Part shown: positions 18,558 through 28,783 of the stretch, piece by piece
Layout of the letters: the number at the start of each line of letters is the position of its first letter
How positions within the stretch are numbered: the first letter of the stretch is position 1
Source: Vicinamibacterales bacterium
GTDB taxonomy: Bacteria; Acidobacteriota; Vicinamibacteria; Vicinamibacterales; UBA8438
Assembly: GCA_965262985.1 (NCBI GenBank)
Contig: OZ253576.1
Span: 2,057,213-2,121,212 of the forward strand
Reading direction: 5' to 3'
DNA: 64,000 nt
The notes under the pieces: model-generated
Told to the model about the DNA's origin: nothing
Databases searched by the model: none
Seen by the model: only the letters and a program-made list of their open reading frames with translations
Translations under genes and position numbers: made by a program

Positions 18558-20276
18558 TTGTACCCCATGAAGAAACTGTTCGTCGGCATCGTGCTGATCG
18601 GTGCCGGTATTTCGGCATACGGCTACCTGGGATTCACCACGACGGAATTCGTGCCCGAGGTCAGCACCGTCGATCTGACGCGTGGTGACGTCGTGGACAC
18701 CGTCGGCGCCACTGGCGCACTCGAGGCGGTGACGACCGTCCAGGTCGGCAGTCAGGTCTCCGGCATCATCGAAGCGCTCTACGCCGACTACAACTCGATC
18801 GTCCGCAGGGGCGACGTCATCGCCCGGCTGGAGCCGTCGCTGTTCCAGACCCAGATCGAGCAGGCGCGCGCGAATCTCGTGCGATCCGAAGCGGACGTCG
18901 AGCGTTTGCGAGTCACCCTCGATGACGCGCGGGCCCAGTTGGCGCGCGCCGAGGGTCTGGCGGCCCGATCTCTCATCTCTGCCAGCGAACTTGAGGCGGC
19001 GCAACTCGCCGTGCGGTCGGCGGAGGCGCAGCTCAAGTCGTCCGATGCGAGCGTCATCCAGTCGCAGGCCTCGCTGAACCAGAACGAAGTGAATCTGGGA
19101 CACACCGTGATCACGGCGCCCATCGATGGCATCGTCATCGCCCGTCAGGTGGATGAGGGCCAGACGGTCGCCGCTGGCATGTCGGCGCCGGAACTGTTCA
19201 TCATCGCAGCCGACCTGACGCAAATGCAGGTGATCGCGAACATCGACGAGTCGGATGTCGGACGCATCCGGCCGGGGCAGCCGGTGACCTTCACGGTGGA
19301 CGCGTACGTGGCCGAGGAATTCGACGGAACGGTGTCGCAAATCCGCCTTGAACCGGTCGTCCTGCAGAACGTCGTCACCTATGCGACGGTCATTGACGTA
19401 CCGAACAACGAGCTCAAGCTGAAGCCCGGCATGACCGCAACGGTCACCCTGGAGATCGCGCGGCGTGAAGACGTGCTGCGCGTGCCGAACGCGGCGCTGC
19501 GCTTCAGGCCCACCCCGGACATGTTTGCGGCGCTGAACCAGCCGGTGCCCGAGATTCTGCAACGCGGCGCCAATGGCGCCGACGGCGGACAGAATCGCGC
19601 CAGCGGCGGGGGCCGGGGACGCGGAGGTTTCGGCGGAGGCGCGGGGGGCGGAGATTTCGCCAACATGAGTGAGGCCGACCGGCAGGCGATGCGCGAGCAG
19701 ATGCAAAACATGACGCCGGAGCAGCGGGCCGGGTTTTTCGCGGCTCGCGGCGGCGGGCGCCAGGGCGCCCCGGGCGTTGGGACTCGCCGGCGAGCCAACC
19801 CGAACACGACCGCCGTACCGACCGTCGACCGGGGCGCCTCGACGATCGACGCGCTGTTTGCACCGCTGGAGAGTGTCGAAACCACTGGTCGCGTCTGGGT
19901 CCTCGAGGGTGACATGCTCAAGCCGGTCGATGTGCGGCTCGGCGTGACTGATGGCACCGCCACACAACTGATCGGCGGGCAAAGAGGTCGTGCGCCCGCT
20001 CGCGCGGCCCCCGACCCGCAAATTCGCGGGCTGCGCCAACAGATCGCGATGCTTGAAGATGGGGACGCGCGGCGGAACCTGGAACAGATGCTGGCGCGGC
20101 TCGAAGCGGAACCTGCTCCGCCTCAAGCGACACCGCCGATGGTGGCGTCGTCGGCGCTGCCGGAAGGGGCGCAGCTCGTCACCGGGATCACGACCCTGGA
20201 CGGCGGTCTGGTCGCAGGCTCGTCCGCGGGGGCTCGTTCTCCGCTGATGCCGCAATTCGGGCGCGGCCGCCGGTAG
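18558..20276 (+). CDS. Efflux periplasmic adaptor (HlyD/MacA family) with a Gly/Arg-rich insertion and a long C-terminal extension
   Basis: Lipoyl and beta-barrel motifs (VQVGSQVSGIIEALYADYNSIVRRGDVIARLEP, ITAPIDGIVIARQVDEGQTV, LKPGMTATVTLE). It precedes the MacB-type ABC genes. Confidence 0.88.
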   Translation: MYPMKKLFVGIVLIGAGISAYGYLGFTTTEFVPEVSTVDLTRGDVVDTVGATGALEAVTTVQVGSQVSGIIEALYADYNSIVRRGDVIARLEPSLFQTQIEQARANLVRSEADVERLRVTLDDARAQLARAEGLAARSLISASELEAAQLAVRSAEAQLKSSDASVIQSQASLNQNEVNLGHTVITAPIDGIVIARQVDEGQTVAAGMSAPELFIIAADLTQMQVIANIDESDVGRIRPGQPVTFTVDAYVAEEFDGTVSQIRLEPVVLQNVVTYATVIDVPNNELKLKPGMTATVTLEIARREDVLRVPNAALRFRPTPDMFAALNQPVPEILQRGANGADGGQNRASGGGRGRGGFGGGAGGGDFANMSEADRQAMREQMQNMTPEQRAGFFAARGGGRQGAPGVGTRRRANPNTTAVPTVDRGASTIDALFAPLESVETTGRVWVLEGDMLKPVDVRLGVTDGTATQLIGGQRGRAPARAAPDPQIRGLRQQIAMLEDGDARRNLEQMLARLEAEPAPPQATPPMVASSALPEGAQLVTGITTLDGGLVAGSSAGARSPLMPQFGRGRR

Positions 20277-20288
20277 CGAGCGGAACCG

Positions 20289-21158
20289 ATGGCCACCTCC
20301 ATCTCCGTCCAGAAGCTCACGAAGGTCTACGACCTGGGTGAAGTCAAGGTGCGCGCGTTGCGCGGCGTGTCGACCGACATTCACGAGGGCGAGTTCGTCG
20401 CTGTAATCGGACCGTCCGGGTCAGGCAAGTCGACCTTCATGCACATTCTCGGTTGTCTGGACAGACCCACCACGGGACGCTACATGCTGGATGGCCATGA
20501 CGTCTCCACCCTGTCGAAAAACGCCCTGGCGGCGGTGCGCAACAAGAAGATCGGTTTCGTGTTCCAGGGTTTCAACCTCCTGGCTCGTACTACTGCCATC
20601 GACAACGTCGAGTTGCCCCTGCTCTACGACGGGAACGGCATGCGCGGCAAGGAACGGCATCGCCGGGCAACGGAGGCGCTGGAGTCGGTGGGCCTGACCG
20701 ACCGCGCGAGGCATCTCCCGAATCAACTCTCCGGCGGTCAGCAGCAACGCGTCGCCATTGCACGTGCGCTCATCAACGAGCCGTCGATCCTGCTGGCGGA
20801 CGAGCCGACCGGCAACCTCGATACCCGCACCAGCGTCGAGGTGATGGGTATATTTCAGCGTCTGAACACTGAACGCGGTATCACCGTGCTGCTGATCACC
20901 CACGAACAGGAGATCGCAGAGTACGGCACACGCATCGTCGCGTTCAGAGACGGCAGGATCGTCAGCGACAAGAAGAACACCACACGGCGGATGGCCTCCG
21001 ATCAGCTCGCTGCCCTGCCGCTCGAAGATGACCAGGGCGACGCCGGCGGTCCGCTGCCGAACGGCGCCAATCCGGCAGACAAGCAGCCGCAGGCCGGCGC
21101 AGCGGTCAATCCCCACGATCTCGACCTTCACCGCGATCCAGCGCACCAGATGGAGTGA
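20289..21158 (+). CDS. ABC transporter ATP-binding protein (MacB/LolD type)
   Basis: Walker [10 protein letters not shown], signature [15 protein letters not shown], Walker [13 protein letters not shown], and a C-terminal tail of about 60 aa. Confidence 0.93.
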   Translation: MATSISVQKLTKVYDLGEVKVRALRGVSTDIHEGEFVAVIGPSGSGKSTFMHILGCLDRPTTGRYMLDGHDVSTLSKNALAAVRNKKIGFVFQGFNLLARTTAIDNVELPLLYDGNGMRGKERHRRATEALESVGLTDRARHLPNQLSGGQQQRVAIARALINEPSILLADEPTGNLDTRTSVEVMGIFQRLNTERGITVLLITHEQEIAEYGTRIVAFRDGRIVSDKKNTTRRMASDQLAALPLEDDQGDAGGPLPNGANPADKQPQAGAAVNPHDLDLHRDPAHQME

Positions 21159-21164
21159 ACGGAC

Positions 21165-22391
21165 ATGTCACTGTTCATGATTTTCCGCGTAGCCCTCAAG
21201 GCCCTTGGCCGCAACAAGATGCGCACAGCCCTCACCATGCTGGGCATGATCATCGGCGTTGCCGCCGTCATCACCATGGTGGCGCTGGGCACCGGCGCAC
21301 AGCAGCAGATCGAAGATCAGGTCCAGGCGGGTGGCACCAATCTCATCATGGTCCGCGCCGGCAACTACAGCCGGGGCGGGGTCAGCAGCGGGATGGGCTC
21401 GTCGCCTCGTCTCACCGTCAAGGATGTCGCCGCGCTGCGCGAACAGGTTCCTGACGCGCAGTATCTGACCGCGAGTGTCAGCACCCGCGATCAGATCATT
21501 GCCCGCGGGCAGAACTGGCAGACCCGCATCGAAGGCACCGACATCGAAATGCCGCTCATCCGGTACTGGGATGTCGCACTAGGGACCTTCTTTACCGCCA
21601 CCGACGTCAGCAGCGCCGCCAAGGTGGCCGTGCTCGGGTCCGTGGTGCGCGACAACCTGTTCGGCGAGGGCGCCGACCCCGTCGGCCAGACGCTCAGGAT
21701 CCGCAACCAGTCGTTCAAGGTCATCGGCGTCATGGCGACGAAAGGCTCCACTGGATTCGGCGAGGATCAGGACGACACCATCTTCGCTCCCTTCACGACG
21801 GTCCAACGCAAGCTCAGGGGACGTGACGGCACCAACATCTCCGGCATCACCATCTCGGCGCGCAACGCGGAACGTATCCCGCAGACGACCATACAAATCG
21901 AAGAAGTCCTGCGCGCTGAACACGAGCTGATTCCGGGCCAGGATAACGACTTCATGGTGCGCACGCAGGACGACATGATGAGCATGCTCACCAGCACGAC
22001 GGAGACGATGACCATGTTCACCCTGGCCATCGCGGTCGTGTCGCTGGTGGTCGGCGGTATCGGCATCATGAACATCATGCTGGTCTCGGTCACCGAGCGC
22101 ACACGCGAGATCGGGCTGCGGATGGCGGTGGGCGCCAAGGGACAGGATGTCCTCTGGCAATTCCTGGTCGAAGCGATGGCGCTCAGTCTGGTGGGCGGCA
22201 TGGTCGGCGTCGGGCTGGGATTCGGTATCTCGGAGGGGCTCACCCAGTTCCTTGCGTGGCCCACGGCGGTCCCGGCGAATGCGGTGGCGATTTCCGTCGG
22301 CTTCGCCGCCTTGATCGGTATCGTGTTCGGTTTCTACCCCGCCTGGAAGGGCGCCCAGCTCGACCCGATCGAATCATTGCGATTCGAGTAG
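21165..22391 (+). CDS. ABC transporter permease (MacB/FtsX family)
   Basis: N-terminal TM helix, a large periplasmic domain and a C-terminal FtsX module (TREIGLRMAVGAKGQDVLWQFLVEA...YPAWKGAQLDPIESLRFE). Confidence 0.92.
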   Translation: MSLFMIFRVALKALGRNKMRTALTMLGMIIGVAAVITMVALGTGAQQQIEDQVQAGGTNLIMVRAGNYSRGGVSSGMGSSPRLTVKDVAALREQVPDAQYLTASVSTRDQIIARGQNWQTRIEGTDIEMPLIRYWDVALGTFFTATDVSSAAKVAVLGSVVRDNLFGEGADPVGQTLRIRNQSFKVIGVMATKGSTGFGEDQDDTIFAPFTTVQRKLRGRDGTNISGITISARNAERIPQTTIQIEEVLRAEHELIPGQDNDFMVRTQDDMMSMLTSTTETMTMFTLAIAVVSLVVGGIGIMNIMLVSVTERTREIGLRMAVGAKGQDVLWQFLVEAMALSLVGGMVGVGLGFGISEGLTQFLAWPTAVPANAVAISVGFAALIGIVFGFYPAWKGAQLDPIESLRFE

Positions 22392-22441
22392 TCTCGCGAA
22401 TCACCAGCCATCACCCGACGCAATCCGGCAAGGAGAACTCC

Positions 22442-22966
22442 ATGAAGCGATTGGTTGTACTGGCTGCGATGCTCGCACTCGTCGGCGCGCCGGCCGCACT
22501 GGTCTCGGCCCAGGGCGTCGATTTATCGGGCACCTGGAATCTCGACCGCGACAGCAGTGTCATCCCGCAGGGCCGGGGCGGCGGCCGCGGCGGGGGTGGC
22601 GGCGGACGAGGGGGCTTCGGCCTGAGGACGGCCGAGACCCTCGTGATCAGCCAGACCGCAGCGAGCATCACGTTCGAGCAACAAGGCGCCAACGGCCAGA
22701 GCCAGACACTGCAGTATGCGCTCGACGGCAGCGAGACGACCATCGATCAGGCGCGCGGCACGCTGACGGTCAACTCCAGGTGGGACGGGGCGACGCTAGT
22801 GACCTCGGGGAACCAGGAGATAGAAACGCAGCGCGGGAACTTCTCGCTCGAGTTGACGGAACGCCGGACCCTCAGCGCGGACGGTCAGACGCTAACGGCC
22901 GAAATCACGCGGACAACACCGGCGGGCGACCGGACCTCCACGCTCGTCTACCGGAAAGCGATGTAG
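22442..22966 (+). CDS. Secreted hypothetical protein with a Gly/Arg tract
   Basis: AAGGAG SD, then ATG at 22442. Signal peptide MKRLVVLAAMLALVGAPAALVSAQG, a GRGGGRGGGGGGRGGFG tract, and a beta-rich remainder. Confidence 0.65.
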   Translation: MKRLVVLAAMLALVGAPAALVSAQGVDLSGTWNLDRDSSVIPQGRGGGRGGGGGGRGGFGLRTAETLVISQTAASITFEQQGANGQSQTLQYALDGSETTIDQARGTLTVNSRWDGATLVTSGNQEIETQRGNFSLELTERRTLSADGQTLTAEITRTTPAGDRTSTLVYRKAM

Positions 22967-23051
22967 GCGCGGCGGCGCGTTCAGCCCTGGCCGGCTGCCG
23001 TGCTGCGGCGCCCACGGTCGGCCGGCGCCGCCGGTTGCATCGGATACTCCC

Positions 23052-23423
23052 CTACTGTGCGGCCCGCGTGGCCGTCCAGTCTCCCCCGCCGTAGCCGCCG
23101 AAATCCATGCTGCCGGCCAGCTTGTCGCCGTCCAGCATCCCCTCCATCGCGATCTCGAAGAAGGCGCCGCCCGTGTCGATCTCGATCGACCATGTCAGTT
23201 TGTTGCCTGACACCGTCCCGCCGTCGAATTCAACGGTCCCTTGATCGCTGATGACCGATCCGCTCAACGACTCGCCATCCTGCGCCAACACCAGAGTGGC
23301 TGAGGTGGAACCCTGGTCGGTGTTGAACGTCATGTTCCAGCGTCCGGATACGTCAGTCTGGGCCGACACGAGCGCCAACGCCATGGCGGCCAGGATCGCT
23401 GTCGTCGCTACTTGGATTCGCAT
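23052..23423 (-). CDS. Secreted hypothetical protein (small beta-rich domain)
   Basis: GAGGAG SD lies 8 nt upstream of the ATG at 23423. Signal peptide MRIQVATTAILAAMALALVSAQ. It shares the post-signal motif D-x-SG-x-WN with the convergent neighbour at 22442..22966. Confidence 0.65.
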   Translation of the reverse strand: MRIQVATTAILAAMALALVSAQTDVSGRWNMTFNTDQGSTSATLVLAQDGESLSGSVISDQGTVEFDGGTVSGNKLTWSIEIDTGGAFFEIAMEGMLDGDKLAGSMDFGGYGGGDWTATRAAQ

Positions 23424-23539
23424 GTTCATCACTCCTCACACTGGGTGGACAGCCATGCCGGCCGCATGGCCACGGGGACGGACGATAGGGCTCATCGCGT
23501 GCCTGACCGGCGCTTGCGCGTGCGATGCCCGCAACACTC

Positions 23540-24043
23540 CTATCGGATCACTTCATCTGGCAGTAACTCGAGCAACGCCGCCACGGTTTGTCCGGAGACC
23601 GGGTCGACCAGCGCAGGTGCGATCTCCGCCAGCGGTCCGAGCACGAATCGGCGAGATCGAAACCGTGGATGAGGCAAGCGTAACACCGGAGTCTCCACTA
23701 TCACGTCTCCGACAAGCACGAGGTCGAGATCGAGCGTCCGCGGCGCAACGGGGCGGGACCGTACACGACCGCGTTCACGCTCGATCTCCAGCAACGCGGC
23801 CAGCAACCGCTCGGGTGTCGCCGACGAACGACCGACGAGCGCACCGTTGAGGTAGAGCGGCGCGTTCGCACCATGTTCCGGCAGGGTTTCGATGAACCGC
23901 GACACGGCGATGTCGGCCAGCAGGGCTCGCAGCCGCTCCACGGCAAATGCCAGGTGCGCCACGCGGTCCCCAAGGTTGCTCCCGAGCGCCACCGCCACGA
24001 CCAGCGCCGGTCGTTCCATTCCGATCTCGCCCGTCTGCGACAC
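23540..24043 (-). CDS. folK: 2-amino-4-hydroxy-6-hydroxymethyldihydropteridine diphosphokinase (HPPK)
   Basis: VALGSNLGDR, RERGRVRSRPVAPRTLDLDLVLVGD and LRLPHPRFRSRRFVLGPLAEIAP motifs. The start may be the internal ATG at 24019. Confidence 0.88.
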   Translation of the reverse strand: MSQTGEIGMERPALVVAVALGSNLGDRVAHLAFAVERLRALLADIAVSRFIETLPEHGANAPLYLNGALVGRSSATPERLLAALLEIERERGRVRSRPVAPRTLDLDLVLVGDVIVETPVLRLPHPRFRSRRFVLGPLAEIAPALVDPVSGQTVAALLELLPDEVIR

Positions 24044-24073
24044 GCATGACGCAGCGGGCCGGCGGGCAAGCGG

Positions 24074-24433
24074 CTACCGTGCGCTCTGCCGCTCCTTGCA
24101 GGTGATGCACACGCGCGTCCAGGGAATCGCGTTCAGCCTCGCCTCGGCCACCGGCTCGCCGCAATCCCGGCAGACGCCGTAGATGCCCCGCTCGATCCGC
24201 CAGAGCGCCTCCTCGATTGCCTGCAGAATCTTGGCGTCGGTCTGCTTCAGCTTGAGCTGGATGTGCACTTCGTTGTTGCCGGTCGCCTGATCGGCGAGGT
24301 CGCCTTGTCGGGTGCTCGTACCCTCGGACATCTGAATCGGCTTCGCACCGGCGCCGGACGACAAGATTTCGGAGCGCTTGTGTAAGAGCGCCTCCCTGTA
24401 TTGCGCCACGTCCATCGAGACTCCTACTGGCAA
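24074..24433 (-). CDS. dksA: DksA/TraR family C4-type zinc-finger transcription factor
   Basis: Coiled-coil region followed by YGVCRDCGEPVAEARLNAIPWTRVCITCKE (CxxC-x17-CxxC). Confidence 0.85.
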   Translation of the reverse strand: MPVGVSMDVAQYREALLHKRSEILSSGAGAKPIQMSEGTSTRQGDLADQATGNNEVHIQLKLKQTDAKILQAIEEALWRIERGIYGVCRDCGEPVAEARLNAIPWTRVCITCKERQSAR

Positions 24434-24520
24434 CCCGTGGCGGAAGTCACGCTCAAGATCGCCCGGTTTCGCGCACTGGCCACGGTGAAATCTCGGGGAT
24501 GATATCAGATATCGCAGGGA

Positions 24521-27061
24521 TCACTCGGCGCGCAGCGTGCCCAACGGTTTCTTCCGAAGGACATCGAGACTCGCAGCCACGCCGACCACCGCGACCACGA
24601 ATGCGGTGATCACCAGCCCGCCCACGTTGACCAGCGGCGCCGGGTTCCAACTGATCTCCAACAGAAAACGGGTCAGTCCCCAGGTCAGCGCCACGGCCCC
24701 GGCCGAACCGATCAGACCCGCCAGTATCCCCAACGTCCCGTACTCGAACAGAAGCATCAGGACGATGGTCCGGGACGTGGCGCCCAGCGTCTTCAAGATC
24801 GCTGTCTCATACAGGCGCTGGTATCTGGTCATGGCCACCGAGCCGATCAGGATCAACACGCCGCTCGCGAGAGCGATGCCACCAACGATCGAGATTGCGA
24901 GCGTGACGAAGGAGAGGATGCGCCTGATGGTGGCGATGACCTCGATCCCATCTATGACGGATACGTTCGGGAATTCCGCGACCAGGTCCCGCTGCAAACG
25001 GGCCCGCGCCAGCGCCTCGGCCGGACCCTGCAGGAACGCGATGAAGCTGTGGGGCGCCTCGTCCAGCACCCCGGGCCGGAAGAGGAACATGAACCCCCCG
25101 CTGCGTGAGTCGTCCCAGTCGACCGTGCGCACGCTGGACACCGTCGCCGATACCTCGCGTCCCAACACGTCGAAGCGGAGCGTGTCGTCGATCTCGAGAT
25201 CGAGCCGATCGCGAACGCTTTCCTCGATCGACACTTCCGCCTGGTCGGACGGGGCTGCGCTCCAGAACGCTCCGGCCACGACGCGTTCGTTCTCCTCGAG
25301 ATACCCGCGGTAGGTCACCGTGTACTCGCGTCCCACCCCCCGCCGTCGCAACGCGCGGGGCCCGTCCAGAGTGGTCCGCACACCGGCGACACCGGTGACC
25401 CTGGCGCGAATCACCGGCAACAGGCTCGCGTCCACACCGGTCTGGTCCGCAATCAGGGCGCGGACCCCGTCGGCCTGATCCTGCTGAATGTCAATCAGGA
25501 ACATGTCCGGCGTGTCTTCGCGGATCTCGAGCGCAAACGCGCTCAGGAGGTTCGCTTGCACGGCCTGAATCCCGATGATGAAGAAGCTGCCAAGGCCGAC
25601 CGCAAGCAGGATGACACGCGTCTGGTTTCCCGGCCGGGCCAGATTGAGAACCGCGTGTCTCACGACGAAACCTGCTCCGGCGCCAAGCGGCTGGATGACG
25701 CGAATCAGACCCTGGCCGGCCAGGTAGAGCAGGACGGCCACGGTCGCGAATCCACCGCATACCCAGATTCCGACCTCCCACGACGATGCCTGCCAACTGG
25801 CCAGCAGCACCAGTCCTACGACCAGCAGTACGACGACCCCTGCCTGTACCCAATCGCGCGCTGGTGTTGTCACGAGCCCCCATCGAAGCAACGCCAGCGG
25901 TTTGATCGCCCGCATCTCGAGCAGTGGTCCCAACGCGAAGAGCAGCGAGACCAGCACGCCGACGCCGAGCCCTTGTGACACTGCCGATGCGGTGAGTCCG
26001 TAGGACAATTCCGTCAACCCCGCCGCGGACGCAGCCTGCTCGGTCAGCGCCGGCGGAATTGTCGCCATGATGCCGCCAGCCAGCACGACGCCGAGCAACG
26101 ATCCGGCCAGACCCATCGCGGCGACCTGCGTCACGTAGATGCCCAGCACCTGCCCGCCGGTGGCCCCGAGACACTTCAGAATGGCGACACTCCGGATGCG
26201 CTGCTGCATGAACACCCGCGTGACGCTCCACACGCCGATGCCGCCCAGCACCACGACGGTGAACCCGATCAGGCTGAGGTAATTCTCGGCGCGCGACAGA
26301 TTCGCGGCGATGCGGTCTTCGGTGCGCCGATACGATCGGATACTGACGAACTCGTCGCGTAACGGCTCACGCAGTGCGTCGATCAGCGGGTCGATTCCGG
26401 CATCGGGCACGCGCAGCAGCAACTGCCGCTCGGCCCGGCTGCCAAGATCGAGCAATCCGGTCGCCAACAGGTCGTCATGGTCGACCAGCACCCGTGGCCC
26501 CAGACTGAAGGCGCCCAGTTGCCCGCCCGGCTCCCGCACGATGACACCCCGAATCTCGAACGTCCCCTGCCCGATGACGATGTCGTCGCCAACGTCAAGA
26601 TCCAGTTGGGCCAGCAGTTCCGGACGCACCAGCGCTCCCCCGCCCGCCAGCAGGCGATGACGGTACGGGCGGCCGTCCTGCAGCACGAATTCCCCATAGA
26701 ACGGAAACGCCGCCTGCACCCCCCGCAACTCGACCACCTTCGCGATGGTCTTCGTTTCGTCCGCCGGGCGCGCCATTGTCGCCATCTCGATCGACGCAGT
26801 ACGCGCGATGCCCGGCTCGGCCGCCACCGCCGCGTCGATCAGCCGCAGGGCCTCTTCGGTCCAGGGCTGGTCCGATTCGACCAGGACGTCGGCCGCGGTC
26901 AGCGCCCGAGTCTCGGACGTCATCGCGACCCCCACGCTCTGGATCACCGAGCGAAGCGCCACGATGGCGCCGACGCCAACTGCCACACAGAGGAAAAAGA
27001 AGGCCAGCCGGCGCCATGACGCCCGCAGTTCGCGACCGACCATGCGAAAGACGAAGGTCAC
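24521..27061 (-). CDS. ABC transporter permease, duplicated FtsX-like (YbbP family)
   Basis: 846 aa with two FtsX modules. Its start overlaps the stop of the upstream ATPase gene. Confidence 0.9.
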   Translation of the reverse strand: MTFVFRMVGRELRASWRRLAFFFLCVAVGVGAIVALRSVIQSVGVAMTSETRALTAADVLVESDQPWTEEALRLIDAAVAAEPGIARTASIEMATMARPADETKTIAKVVELRGVQAAFPFYGEFVLQDGRPYRHRLLAGGGALVRPELLAQLDLDVGDDIVIGQGTFEIRGVIVREPGGQLGAFSLGPRVLVDHDDLLATGLLDLGSRAERQLLLRVPDAGIDPLIDALREPLRDEFVSIRSYRRTEDRIAANLSRAENYLSLIGFTVVVLGGIGVWSVTRVFMQQRIRSVAILKCLGATGGQVLGIYVTQVAAMGLAGSLLGVVLAGGIMATIPPALTEQAASAAGLTELSYGLTASAVSQGLGVGVLVSLLFALGPLLEMRAIKPLALLRWGLVTTPARDWVQAGVVVLLVVGLVLLASWQASSWEVGIWVCGGFATVAVLLYLAGQGLIRVIQPLGAGAGFVVRHAVLNLARPGNQTRVILLAVGLGSFFIIGIQAVQANLLSAFALEIREDTPDMFLIDIQQDQADGVRALIADQTGVDASLLPVIRARVTGVAGVRTTLDGPRALRRRGVGREYTVTYRGYLEENERVVAGAFWSAAPSDQAEVSIEESVRDRLDLEIDDTLRFDVLGREVSATVSSVRTVDWDDSRSGGFMFLFRPGVLDEAPHSFIAFLQGPAEALARARLQRDLVAEFPNVSVIDGIEVIATIRRILSFVTLAISIVGGIALASGVLILIGSVAMTRYQRLYETAILKTLGATSRTIVLMLLFEYGTLGILAGLIGSAGAVALTWGLTRFLLEISWNPAPLVNVGGLVITAFVVAVVGVAASLDVLRKKPLGTLRAE

Positions 27062-27747
27062 CCCGTCACCCCGCCCGCCGCCGTCTCCACCTGCGTCGCC
27101 TTGCCATCGCGCATCTGCAGCATGACGCCGGCCGACGCCGCCAACTCGGCATCGTGGGTGACCAGCACGAGGGTGGTCCCGCGGGTCGTGTTGACGGTGT
27201 GCAGAAGTTCGAATATGTGCCGCCCGTTCGCGCTGTCGAGGTTGCCGGTCGGTTCGTCGGCGAGCAGAATCGGCGGGTCGTTGGCCAGCGCGCGGGCGAT
27301 CGCCACCCGCTGCTGCTCTCCCCCGGACAACTGCGCCGGATAATGGTGGGCGCGGCCTTCGAGGCCGACTTCCGCAAGCAGCGCTGCCGCGCGTGCACCC
27401 GCAGCGGACGCTCCGGCGATCTCCAGCGGGACCAGGACGTTTTCGAAGGCGGTCAGCGACGGCATCAGGTGGAAGAACTGGAATACGAATCCGATCTTGC
27501 GGCCCCTGAGTCTGGCCAGCGCGTCCTCATCAAGCGCCGTGATCTCCTGTCCGTCAATCGCGATCGTCCCTGTGGTCGGCACGTCGAGTCCGGCGATCAA
27601 CCCCAGCAGGGTCGACTTGCCGCTGCCTGACGGGCCGGCGATCGAGAGGAAACGCCCCGCCTCCACGACGAGATCGAGCGGCTGCACAATGGTCAGCGGC
27701 TCACTGCCGCTGACGACGGTTTTCGACACATTGCGCAGTTCGATCAT
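27058..27747 (-). CDS. ABC transporter ATP-binding protein (YbbA/LolD-like)
   Basis: [26 protein letters not shown] and [12 protein letters not shown] motifs. Confidence 0.93.
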   Translation of the reverse strand: MIELRNVSKTVVSGSEPLTIVQPLDLVVEAGRFLSIAGPSGSGKSTLLGLIAGLDVPTTGTIAIDGQEITALDEDALARLRGRKIGFVFQFFHLMPSLTAFENVLVPLEIAGASAAGARAAALLAEVGLEGRAHHYPAQLSGGEQQRVAIARALANDPPILLADEPTGNLDSANGRHIFELLHTVNTTRGTTLVLVTHDAELAASAGVMLQMRDGKATQVETAAGGVTG

Positions 27748-27866
27748 CGTATCGTGTCCAGCCGCCCGCGGCCGGCCGTGGCGGAGTCATGGCGGTCATG
27801 TGTGAGCGGCGACCCGGTCGTCCCGCGATCCCGAAATGCGTGGCAGTTCACAACCGGCGCCCACGT

Positions 27867-28619
27867 CTACCGCGTGGCCGCCGGCAGCACGGATAGCAGG
27901 GGCTGCAGCGCGTCGTAGACCCGATCGGCCACGATCTCGGCCCCGGCAGCGTTGGGGTGGATGCCATCCGATTGATTGAAGGACGGGTCGGCGGCAACCC
28001 CATCGAGCAGAAACGGCATGAGCGTCACGTCAAAGTCGTGCGCCACCTCGCGAAATGCGTCACGAAACTGCGCCGTATAGATCGAGCCGAAATTGGGTGG
28101 CGCCTCCATGCCCGCCAGCAGTACCGCGATACCACGCTCCCTGGCCAATGAGACGATCCGGGACAGATTCTGTTTCATCTGATCGACCGGCAGCCCGCGC
28201 AACCCGTCGTTGCCACCCAACGCCACGATGAGAATACGGACATCCCCTTCCACCGACCACGCCGCCCGACGCCACCCGGCGGCCGACGTATCTCCGGACA
28301 CGCCGGCGTTCACCACCGTCACGTCGTAGCCGTCATGGTGCAGCCGCCGTTGCAGCAACGCCGGATAGGCCTGGTCCTCAGCGAGTCCGAGTCCTGCCGT
28401 CAAGCTGTCTCCCAGCGCCACGAGAAGCGGCCCGCGGTCGGCCGGCGGCGACGCCTGGAAGGTATCGTCCGCTGGCTCGCCCGTTGCGCTGCGTTCGGCA
28501 GCGGATTCGTGCAGAACAGGTTCCGGCGCCGGCTCGCCCCCTGTTCCGCAGGCCGGCGACGCCACCCCAAGCGCGACCGCCAGCAGACCGCGGCCGACGG
28601 CGCCCGAGGCAATGCACAT
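27867..28619 (-). CDS. SGNH/GDSL hydrolase (TesA-like arylesterase/lysophospholipase)
   Basis: Lipoprotein-like signal (MCIASGAVGRGLLAVALGVASPACG), block I ALGDSLTAG, GGNDGL, and a C-terminal DGIHPN. Confidence 0.85.
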   Translation of the reverse strand: MCIASGAVGRGLLAVALGVASPACGTGGEPAPEPVLHESAAERSATGEPADDTFQASPPADRGPLLVALGDSLTAGLGLAEDQAYPALLQRRLHHDGYDVTVVNAGVSGDTSAAGWRRAAWSVEGDVRILIVALGGNDGLRGLPVDQMKQNLSRIVSLARERGIAVLLAGMEAPPNFGSIYTAQFRDAFREVAHDFDVTLMPFLLDGVAADPSFNQSDGIHPNAAGAEIVADRVYDALQPLLSVLPAATR

Positions 28620-28783
28620 CGCCCTATTATGCAACAGCGGTGCGACTCGACGACCGCCGGCGGCCACCGCCAGATTCAGCAGCGATGCGCCGGCGAAGAG
28701 ACCACGCTTGTGTCAGCAAACCCGGCATGTAGAATAGGCTGATCCGGCAGGCGACCCACTGCGGCGTTCGAGGTCCCGTTCAC

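Noticed and set aside
16810-20384. Long minus-strand ORFs (16810..18339 and 18543..20384) opposite the TolC and MacA genes
   Set aside because: These are shadow ORFs antisense to genes with clear family motifs. They have no signal peptide or domain features and a biased Arg/Gly/Asp composition.
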